Shown here one piece after another: positions 54,702 through 64,000 of a stretch of 64,000 nucleotides of DNA. The position numbers were made by a program, and so were the translations under genes. The notes beneath the pieces are model-generated. The model was not told where the DNA came from. It saw only the letters and a list, made by a program, of their open reading frames with translations, and did not search any database. Numbering within the stretch: the stretch's first letter is position 1; the number at the start of each line of letters is the position of its first letter. Source of the DNA: Epiperipatus broadwayi. Taxonomy: Eukaryota > Animalia > Onychophora. The stretch lies in NCBI GenBank assembly GCA_028023455.1, contig JAQFVV010000002.1, forward strand, positions 2,356,001-2,420,000, read 5' to 3'.

Positions 54702-57339
54702 TTTTGATGTATAGTCTCTCTATGTTTAAAATAGCTAACAATATAGAATAGTGTCATACTTGGCTAGATCTATTTTATTAAATGCATATATTGTAGAGTT
54801 TTTTAAAAATAAATGAAATATAATATAAATCTTTATTATATAATAATAACAACTTGTAAATACATCACAGAAAAATTATATAAAAACCTTTCCTAATTCT
54901 CCAATATTTTACTTAAAAAAGATAAAAAATAAAGAGAGAAAATTAAATATAAATATTATTTTTAATTTTTTTTAAGTTTTATTATTATAAAATAATAAAT
55001 ATTAAAATATTATTTTATTTATTAAAAATAAAAAAAAAAAAAAGAATAATTATATATCAAATTAAAAATAAATATAATAAAATACTATTTAATTTATTAG
55101 TTATTGTCATTTTTCAGGCGCATGGTCTTAAGGTTGTAGCCTTAATATATATTACTTTATGTAACGACTATGCACTTTACAAATTTAATTATTACAACTT
55201 TATATTATCTTAAAAGATGGCATAAGATCTCAACACTGACTCATTGTAAATCCAAGGATTTCATGAATGTTAGTGTGTTATAGAAATTGTGGACTTAATC
55301 AGTGAGGTATTTAATAGTTTTATGCTCTCAAATCAAAATGCTTTAGATTCTCCTATATATTTAAAAAGTAGGTTGAAGATAAGAGTGGCTACTCTTGTCT
55401 TTTAAATAAATCTTGTGTTAAGATTTGTAGAGATCCCTACTGTCATTTTTCAGGTGCATGGTCTTAAGGTTATAGCTGTAATATATATTACTTTATTCAT
55501 TATTGTAGATTATCTTAGTTATTGACTTTTTAACTTTCATTTAACTTTTTATAAAAAATTACTTGAATCATTTATCTGTTTATAAGGTTTAGATAGATTC
55601 TTAAAGAAGCCTATGGTGATTCTTCTAGATTACATGTATTTATTGAATATGCCTCTATGTAAGCATGACTTTATAAATGCATATTAGTTTGGTGTGATAA
55701 TTAATTTTAATCTACTTTTAAATTATAGGACCATTCAAATTACTAATTTGAGAATTCAAATGTTCTTAAACTTTTAAATTTAAAACTTTTTATCCGTATA
55801 ATGAAATCTGAAACAACAAAAAGTTATAGAGTGAATAAAAAAAATACAATAATAAACTTTTAATAAATTATGATTTAGTCAACAAATTTAAAATACACAA
55901 TGAACACTAGAATGACAGACATCTTTGTCACTTAAAACATGTTGATTGTTTTGTTTGCTTCCTTTTTCTATTACTAGTAGTGAAAATGATGCAAGTGTAT
56001 TCCTGTAAAAGTATTTTTAAGTACATGTACTGTAATAAATTTAGCAATGATTCATAAAAATAGAATTTGTATTGTGAATAATGTTAATGCAAAAAACAAT
56101 CAAATTAAAAGTGTAGCAAAATAATATCAATCGAAGTATTAGAAACTGAATCTCTAAATTGATGATATCATTAGCAAAAATAGAAAAATTACATGTACTA
56201 ATGGCTAAAATAGCAACCATGAGCATAAAAACTTTTCATAATATTTAAGAATTGAATAGAAGATTCAATCATTTACTGAAACTAACTGTCAATGTTTCGT
56301 AAAACATGGTTCATCCTAGTTATTGCTATGGTATCCTAAACCCTGTTGAGTCTAAAATAATAATGGAATTTTATGTAAATTATTATCTTTCACTAGATAT
56401 TTTATTAAATAATTTATCAATCTGTTGGGAAAATATTAACAAAGAATTTGATATTTGTTACTATTTCGCAGTTACCAAACATTTTTAGATATTTACCAAC
56501 CTTTAATTTTGATATCCCTAAAATGGTACCTAGATAGGAAAAATATAAGTTATTAAGTACGAGAAAGTTTGGTAAATTCTGAAAAGGTGAAACAGTTTAA
56601 ACAAATGTAAAATAACTCCGTGAATTCCAATCTGTAGATACTTATTTTATCTCATTGTTTTCCTTCTAGAAATATTTTAAAAAAATAATTGTGAAATAAA
56701 AAAAATTATTCAAACATTTGTAAAACTTACTCTAATTATGATTCGATAATTATTTGCTAAAATACTCACAGTTTTACTACTATTTGAGGCACAATAATTA
56801 TTTTGGACATTTGATAAGAATTATGGGTGTTTCATTGCAGCTTATATCAGTGGAGGCTTCATCTCTATAGATGAAGATTTTTTTAATGATTTTAGTTGAT
56901 ATGTTCTAATTTTTATATATATTTTTAAACTTATCTACTACTTTCTATTTTTAATAACGATTTTTTCGAAAGTCACATGTATATATTAATAATTTGTTTT
57001 AAGGTTTGCATAAAAAATACTCATTCTTACAAAAAAACGCATAAAAATTCATACATTTTTTTAAATAGTTAATTAATTTTAAAAACATAAGTAATATTTT
57101 TAAATCGATATTTTTAAAAATGTATTTTGCAATAAAAGTTAACAAACAAAGGTAAATATAAAAACAGGTGAAAATATTTACTTATGTTTTTAAAAAGCTT
57201 TTATTATTAAATAAAAAATAGGTAAAATATTATAAAATTTGTCATTAAAAACAATGATAAATGCTTACAAAATTATCTAGCATCATCTTCAGCAGCAGAT
57301 ATAAACGAGTATGATCATTCCAATTTAAAAATATGGCAA

Positions 57340-57420
57340 GCATTGGTGATCGAGAGGTCAGCGACAGCTGCTTTACAAGCAGTTGTCCCGGGTTAGCGGG
57401 TTCACTTTCCGGCTGATGTT
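57340..57420 (+). pseudogene. tRNA-Gly(TCC)-scaffold element with TAC anticodon and 8-nt T-arm insertion (SINE-like), copy 1
   Basis: Cloverleaf: GCATTGG/CTGATGT acceptor; GCTGC-TTTACAA-GCAGT anticodon arm; CCGGG/TCCGG T stem enclosing an extra AGCGGGTT. Confidence 0.8.
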
Positions 57421-57755
57421 ATGACACATGAGGAAAATAAATAAAAAATATAGAACAACAAAACATAAACAACAATCATAATAGTAATAAATATATACTA
57501 GAAAAAAGTTTTGTTATGACAATATAAGCTAATTCGTGAAATACAAATATATTCAATATATAACACATTGGTCTACTATTCTATTTCATATCTTTCACTG
57601 CTGTTATTTGGTTTCCATTGCATCAGACATTTTTTGGGGAAAGATCTCATCTCCTTCATGCAAGGAAGGAGTGAATTTCTGTCCATTTTCAATACCATGT
57701 GGAGGATGTAATCATGAATATAGGACCAAAGACATGTGAAAAAAATCTACAGTCC

Positions 57756-57797
57756 CCAAGATGCACAATTTACACTACATCAGCACTTATCAATTAA
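57756..57797 (-). ncRNA. Type I hammerhead ribozyme relic, copy A
   Basis: TTAA-TTGATAA-GTGCTG-ATG-TAGTGT-AAAT-TGTGCATC-TTGG, colinear with the other copies. Confidence 0.65.
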
Positions 57798-57939
57798 CCC
57801 AGACCATAATATCTTACATATATCTTTATCGTTGATCAGTATAGATATAGATAGCAAACCACTACCATTTAATTGATGTGTCAAACATGCTACCCTCACA
57901 ACTTTGACACAAATTATTAGTCATTCCTTGTGGTCTGGA

Positions 57940-57981
57940 ATAACTAATGAAGGCTGGTTCAGAGTGAAAAGTACATCTTGG
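57940..57981 (+). ncRNA. Type I hammerhead ribozyme relic, copy B
   Basis: ATAA-CTAATGA-AGGCTG-GTT-CAGAGT-GAAA-AGTACATC-TTGG; GAAA is intact. Confidence 0.65.
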
Positions 57982-58269
57982 GGATCATTGATCTTATTTA
58001 CATCTTTAGCCATATGTTCATGATTGCATGCCTCCACAAGTTGGTGAAAGCAGTTAGAAACTAGTCACCACCACATACAAAAGCGGTGCAGTGAAAATTA
58101 CACTACAAAAATATTATTCATTGTCATATATTCTCTAGTCTAATGAATAACTAATAAAAATTATGAATATGTTTTCATTAAGTGATTTGTATCAAAGTTG
58201 TGAGGGCAGCATGTTTGATACTTATCAATTAAACGGTAGTAATTTGCTAACTTTATTTACTGAACAATT

Positions 58270-58720
58270 ACAAGAGAGAAAATAGATGTATCTAAGGTAG
58301 CAAACTGTGAATGTACCAATGAACATATGTTCAGTTGGGAAAACACAAAAATATTAGATAAAGAAAAGGTACAAAGAAGAAAATTTAAAGAAACTGCTCA
58401 CATGACAATGGCAAACAATCCCATAAGTCAACCTAGTATGACTACACATAATGTATGTAAACCACTAATCAACTTTTCTCTTAAGAAGAAAAAGTGGAGA
58501 AATCAGGAGGAACCTCATAGATAAGTATATGAAATTTCTACAGACTGTTGCCTTTGGTAGGATGGCTCAGATGGTTGGAGTGTTACCTTAAATTTTAATA
58601 CTCAAGAATCTAAGGGTCTAGATTTGATTCTCATTCTGGTACTGTTACTGGTCAGGCAAACAACACCTGAAGAAGAGGGTAGAATAATATCTCTCAAAAC
58701 ATTGTGCATATACTAACCTA
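58270..58720 (+). mobile_element. Penelope-like 3' end (GIY-YIG tail plus UTR with tRNA-like segment and hammerhead-like core)
   Basis: SKVANCECTNEHMFSWENTKILDKEKVQRRKFKETAHM is a typical PLE terminus; A-box TGGCTCAGATGG at ~58563; CTGAAGA-A-GAGGG..TCTCTC-AAAAC at 58667-58700. Confidence 0.75.
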
Positions 58721-58834
58721 TTTGATGTGCTATTACTAACAGTTAAATATATTGGGAATATTTAAATAAAGTTAATTTTTTCTAAAGACATTCAATACTC
58801 TCATTAGATGATGGAAATAGTCTAAACAATAAAT

Positions 58835-58876
58835 ACAACTGACAAGTTCTAATTCTGCCCAAAATTTGTATCTTGA
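58835..58876 (+). ncRNA. Type I hammerhead ribozyme relic, copy C
   Basis: ACAA-CTGACAA-GTTCTA-ATT-CTGCCC-AAAA-TTTGTATC-TTGA, same spacing as the other copies. Confidence 0.55.
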
Positions 58877-59117
58877 GAATCATAGATTTGTTTTATGTCT
58901 TTGGTCATATTTTCATGATTACATTTTTCCACAAGGTGTTGAAAGTGGATAAAAACTAGTCCCTATCTTAGTATATTAAAAATTAAACTGTAGAAGTATT
59001 ACTCATTATTGAATAATGTCTATGTCTAATGAATGGCTAATAAAAATTACTAATATTCTTTTATAATAAGGTATTTATTTATATAGCACTGTGTTAATAA
59101 ATTGTAATTGTAAATTA

Positions 59118-59400
59118 GTGATCAGGCTAATGCACATGCGCTTTACAGATTTTAAACTATATGTAAATGAATACTCTCATTCTCAAACACAAGATAAAGT
59201 CTTTATGAAAAGATAGAATGAATCATCTATCTTTTCATAAAATTTTAAGACTGGCCCATACTTAAGCATTTGGATTGAAAAGATTTATGATTCATTCTAT
59301 CTTTTCATAAAGACTTTATCTTGTGTTTGAGAATGAGAGTATTATATTCATTTACATATAGTTTAAAATCTGTAAACCGCATGTGCATTAGCCTGATCGC
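59118..59400. mobile_element. 283-bp MITE with ~105-bp near-perfect TIRs and TA flanks
   Basis: G(T/C)GATCAGGCTAATGCACATGCG termini; TA at 59116-59117 and 59401-59402; interrupts retrozyme copy C. Confidence 0.92.
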
Positions 59401-59739
59401 TAATATTATTTTATTAAGTGATTTGTGTCAAAATTGTGAAGGCAGCACATTTGACACATTAATTAAACTGTAAGATTTAGTAAATATTTATACATTTAAC
59501 TCCAGAATCGTTTTTTTTTTCATGTCACAAGTATTTATTTTATTCAGCTAAGTGCTTTCAATACTAAAATGTATCATAATCATAACATTGCACAATTAAA
59601 GTTTGTTAAACTCTCATTTTAATGTTATTTTCTATATTATAAATTGAATTAGCATAAAATTGAATTTTAGATTTACAGTCTAATAACTAACTATATTGTA
59701 AGTTATAGATGCCATTTTTAGAAAGAGGATGGCAGTTTC

Positions 59740-60030
59740 TTTTTTATTTATGCTCCATATCATTGGCTATAGACCACATCTCTTTTACCCTCCTCTTTCT
59801 GTCATCTTTTTCAGAGCAAACAATGTCAGCCTTAGAAAGATCAAAGTTGTGACCTGACTGTATCTTATGATCTAAAAATATAAATGAGTGTTCACTGCCT
59901 TTCTTAGTCTGGTTATGTAGGTGATTTTGTGGGGTTTGTCTTATAGATAGGTTAGCTCTTGTTTCTCCATAGTAATACATTAAGCAATTTGTCTCTGCAC
60001 AAAATTTTGTACATTACTTGGTATGCAGCC
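59740..60030 (-). mobile_element. Penelope-like GIY-YIG fragment
   Basis: VMYKILC/NCLMYYYGETRANLSIR..HKIQSGHNFDLSKADIVCSEKDDRKRRVKEMWSI, related to the 50-52 kb family. Confidence 0.85.
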
Positions 60031-60352
60031 TCTCTAGTTATTTTATCTTTCAAGTTGTTTAACAATTTATTTAAAGACAAGGATGACTGAAAACTGATAT
60101 TTTATTTATCAGTATATATTTTTCTTAATTTTTGTGCAACTTTACACACATAAGGGAGAAAGCATTTAGCTAAATGAAATAAATATTTGTAACAAAAAAA
60201 AAACATATTGTGTTGTTAAATGTATTTACTAAATCATTATGGTAAGTGCAAAAAATAGGTAAAATAAATTCTTATATAATTAAACTTTAATAATTTGCTA
60301 TCTATATATACTCAACAATGATAAAGATATTTGTAAGAGATTGTGGTCTGGG

Positions 60353-60394
60353 CTAACTGGTGAGTGCTGGTTTAGCACAACATATGCATATTGG
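60353..60394 (+). ncRNA. Type I hammerhead ribozyme relic, copy D
   Basis: CTAA-CTGGTGA-GTGCTG-GTT-TAGCAC-AACA-TATGCATA-TTGG. Confidence 0.7.
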
Positions 60395-60720
60395 AAATCA
60401 CAGATTTATTTTACCAAGTCTTTAGTCATGTGTTCATGATTACATGCCTCCACAAGGTGTTGAAAGCAATAGAAAACCGTTCTTATCTTGCTTGAGAGTT
60501 GTGTACTACAAAAATAGTATTCATTATTAGATAATCTCTAGTCTAATGAATGAGTAATAAAAATTACTAATATACTTTCATTAAGTGATTTGTGTCAAAT
60601 TTGTGAGAGCAGCACATTTGACACATATCAATTAAACTACATATATAAATATTTATTAGCATAAATTTTATTTGTATTATATATGTATACTGAACAATGA
60701 TAAAGATATGTGCAAAGGGG

Positions 60721-60762
60721 CTAACTGATGAGTGCTGATTCAGCACAAAATATGCACTTTGG
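60721..60762 (+). ncRNA. Type I hammerhead ribozyme relic, copy E (best preserved 5' half)
   Basis: CTAA-CTGATGA-GTGCTG-ATT-CAGCAC-AAAA-TATGCACT-TTGG: intact CUGAUGA, perfect 6-bp stem II, CGAAA changed to CAAAA. Confidence 0.8.
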
Positions 60763-61149
60763 AAATCATAGATTTTTTTCTCATGTTTTTGTACATATGT
60801 TCACTAAAGAAACATTATTCATTATTGGATAATCTCTAGTCTAATGAATGACTAATAAAAATTATTAATTTCATCTTCTTGTCTAATCATAGTTCTCCAT
60901 TATTTTCTATTCTCAGCCATATATTTCTGATAAAGGAAATAATCTTTGCATTTTTCTAATAATTTTTGAGATATTTTTTTAATAATATAAATGAGATTTG
61001 CTTCTCCTACAAGAATCATGTTTTGTTACTGTTAATTTATTTTATATGTCAGTTCAACTATTGAATAATAGTATATACTCAGTAGTATCAATTCATAAAA
61101 CTGATGACTCATACTCATTATTTTTATTATCTTACCATAATACTTTTAG

Positions 61150-62800
61150 AATTTCTCAGAGCATCCTTAAATATAATTTTTAATATCCTTATGTTAAGCC
61201 AATAGGTCACCCAAGTTTCATTTCAGAACAATAAATTGAGCAAAGTGACAGATCTACATACAATTATCTTCGATGCAATGATTATATCAATTGGTTACAA
61301 TATTCTAATGTCTTAAAAACCAGTAGCAGCAATACTTTACAGCCTATATTGTGCCTTAATGTTTGTGTCCACCTCTGCCTAGCTACTTAAAAAACTTTCA
61401 TAACATTTAAATTGTATTACATTTTCAGATTTATAATTAAACAAAATAACAATTTCTGAAAATTTTCCCATCAATTGCTGATAAGGAATTTAAATTTTTT
61501 GAACGTCATTATTAAAGCATTCAAATCTGTACATTGTCTTTTGAATTTGTGAAGATAAAACAATGACTAACAGACATACAATAAATTTAAAATCTCACCA
61601 CAATATCTGCATTCTATAGTGGCACCTGTTTATGAAGCTGAATATACATAGTCCTGATGATTGATTAAAAATAATCTTGAAACTAGTAAGCATTTTTGGT
61701 TTAACATTAATTGTCATTTCAAATGCATCACATTATCCATTTGTTTATAAAGATATTTCCTCTCATTTTATCATATTACTGGCCAACAATTAATCTCACA
61801 CACTGTAGCAAGTGAGATTAACAGACTCAAATGTCATGGTTACTTTAATAAAATTAATATATAAATCAATTTTTTGTTTCAAACACTTGTTTTGTACTTT
61901 CCAACAACAATAATTTTATATGTTGCTTTTCAAATCTTTAAATCTAGAATGAATTTTTCAGGACCATCCATATATTAAATGGAAGGCTGTTGTTCAAACA
62001 AAATATTTGATAGTAAACTTTGCTCTAGTGAACAACTAAAAAATTCCCTGATAATTACTACAGTGCCCATCTTCTGAATTTTTAAAAAATTAAATAATGA
62101 AAGCAATCTTTAAAATGAATTGGCAAAAATTCACAAAACCATATATTTCTAAAAACTTCTAACATTTTTTTTTAAACTAAAATTTTACTCCCATATGTTA
62201 GAACTTCTATGGGTATCTCATCAAAACCTACAGCCTTTATATTTTTAAGATTTCAAATATTTATTTTAATTTCACTAAACTAGATATCCTCTTATCTAAA
62301 TTTGAGTAAATAAAATAGATATGTCATTAAAAGTCACTATTTCAATTCAAAAGAGAATCAAAATATCCTTCCTTTTGTTTGAAATATCACTGTCATCATA
62401 AAAAAGAGTGGCATTGATGAATTTAGTAGGATTATAATGTCATTTTTTACCATTATATATTACTTTCAATATATCAAAAATAAGTAAGTCCACAATCAGT
62501 AAATATTTGTAATACCTTTATATTTTTAACATTTTTTTAAGTCTTTATGTAAGTATCTGGATTTCTATATTTAAATCTTTAAATTAGATTCGAAGCATCT
62601 CATTCAATTTATTATTCAGACAAATAAGAAATACTATGTGTTTTTCCTTAATCCCATTTCTGATTACTGATAATTTGATTTCAACTGAATTATCAAAATA
62701 TTAAAAAAAATAAGAAAAAGAATTCCTACTTTTAGAAAAATCATCATCATCACTGGAAAATATTTGTCATTTTTTCTAACTATACTTTGCTTTCAGAGAT
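61150..62800 (-). mobile_element. Very degenerate piggyBac-like transposase relic
   Basis: Acidic N-terminal SDDDDF; EDG(T)VV..SNILFEQ; GLCIF..ILW*DFKFIVCLL; NIVTN*YN resembling PGBD GKDGTVW, MSRDRFKFI and NITTDNFF. No termini seen. Confidence 0.3.
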
Positions 62801-63394
62801 TTTCTTTATATTTTCCTCTTCTGTTTTATTTTTTAACTCTTAATTAAATACAGGTGGATGGACGTTTGATTTTTAGGTATTTTACATCTCATTTTAACTT
62901 AAAATAATCATTACATTTAAAATAATCTTGTAAAACTGCTATGCACATATTTGAGAGGAATCAAATACAATAAGCAATATCTAAAATATGTATGTGATAA
63001 TGCATGACACATTATTAATTTTAAATTCCTTCTCTTCATAATGTAGGCCAAATGGTTGGATGTTTAATCTGCAATTGGATTGTTTAGGTGTTTATATTCA
63101 TGCTCACCAATCTTTTTTAATTATAGTATCTAAATCAATGTCGAGATTTCTTGTAAGAAAAATATTTTAAAGCCAGTTTTTTAAATTCACATCATAATTT
63201 AGTATTGTTAATAAATTAAATACTTTTCTATTTTTTGAATCTTTTCTGATAATTATACATCAGTCACAAATGATTCTTCAAGATTTTGATCCGATTTGAA
63301 AATCATCTTCTATATCTAAAAAAGCTCTTTTTATATAAGAAGGTAATATGTATTGATTAATTTACAATCTAATTTTGATTATGAATGGTATAAA

Positions 63395-63474
63395 GTGTTG
63401 GTGGTCGAGAGGTCAGCACAGCTGCCTTACAAGCAGTTGTCCCAGGTTAGCGGGTTCGCTTCCTGGCTGATGCT
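63395..63474 (+). pseudogene. tRNA-Gly(TCC)-scaffold element with TAC anticodon and T-arm insertion, copy 2
   Basis: GTGTTGGTGGTCGAGAGGTCAGCACAGCTGCCTTACAAGCAGTTGTCCCAGGTTAGCGGGTTCGCTTCCTGGCTGATGC, followed by the same TATGACACAT tail as copy 1. Confidence 0.8.
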
Positions 63475-64000
63475 ATGACACATAGAAAAAAAGTGATAAA
63501 TAATAGTTTCATACTTTTTAAACTTTGCATTCTTTGATACAGAAATATAAATTAATTGTATCTAGTATAAGTGAGTTTGATCATTTATTAAGAATTTGTC
63601 AATTTATATGATTGTATTTGAAGTTCACTTTTTTCTTTTTGGGGCTTTTGTAATTTTTCTCTTTTCTATATTTATTCAATCTTTATTATATCTTTTTTTG
63701 TTACAATATGTTCATTAATATATTTAACAATCTAACAAAAAATTATGTTCTTATCGTATAAACTCATTTTACTTTTTAATATTTGGTTACATGTTGTCAT
63801 AATGCTTTTTTATCTTTCTTTATTGCTCTTAGAGAAATTAACTATTCAATTTTTTAAAAGAACTTTATAAAGTATAATTTTAATAATTTTGCCTTTTTGT
63901 TGTTTATTTTTTTCCGTTTTACTATTATTACTGTATTTTTTAATATCCATCTCTTTTTTGTTTTCTTTAACTTATTTAACATTTTTAATATCTATATTTA

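Larger units (their letters stand above)
57655..60870. mobile_element. Cluster of five copies of a ~370-bp hammerhead-containing repeat (putative non-LTR retrozyme)
   Basis: Copies at ~57655-57915 (-), 57930-58262, 58835-59475 (split by a MITE), 60295-60680 and 60681-60870 (+). They share CATGATT(A/G)CA..CCTCCACA, CTAGTCTAATGAAT..CTAATAAAAATTA, ATTTGTGTCAAA..TTTGACACAT and the ribozyme core. Confidence 0.85.

Noticed and set aside
56270-56640. Signal-peptide-like MFRKTWFILVIAM and a string of possible tiny exons
   Set aside because: AG/GT patterns are frequent by chance in AT-rich DNA, and I could not assemble a coherent protein.

Overview
Very AT-rich eukaryotic (probably animal) genomic DNA, strongly CpG-depleted and dominated by decayed transposons. 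It is not prokaryotic: there are no operons or CRISPR arrays, and most ORF-track entries are TE fragments or chance ORFs. The only host coding sequence I recognise with confidence is one 165-bp spliced exon of a choline/carnitine acyltransferase-family gene (5917-6081, +). The rest contains three copies of an L1/Tx1-like LINE lineage, several Penelope-like element (PLE) fragments including a 2.25-kb head-to-head palindrome, RTE, CR1-like, Gypsy and piggyBac relics, many MITE-like palindromes, and two tRNA-Gly-scaffold elements with a TAC anticodon. The most notable find is at 57.6-60.9 kb: a ~370-bp repeat family in five copies, each carrying a colinear, CpG-decayed minimal type I hammerhead ribozyme, interleaved with PLE fragments. 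This looks like a non-LTR retrozyme cluster. A GC/CpG-rich island at 7.7-10.5 kb remains unexplained. Identities and alignments were judged by eye; no searches were run.
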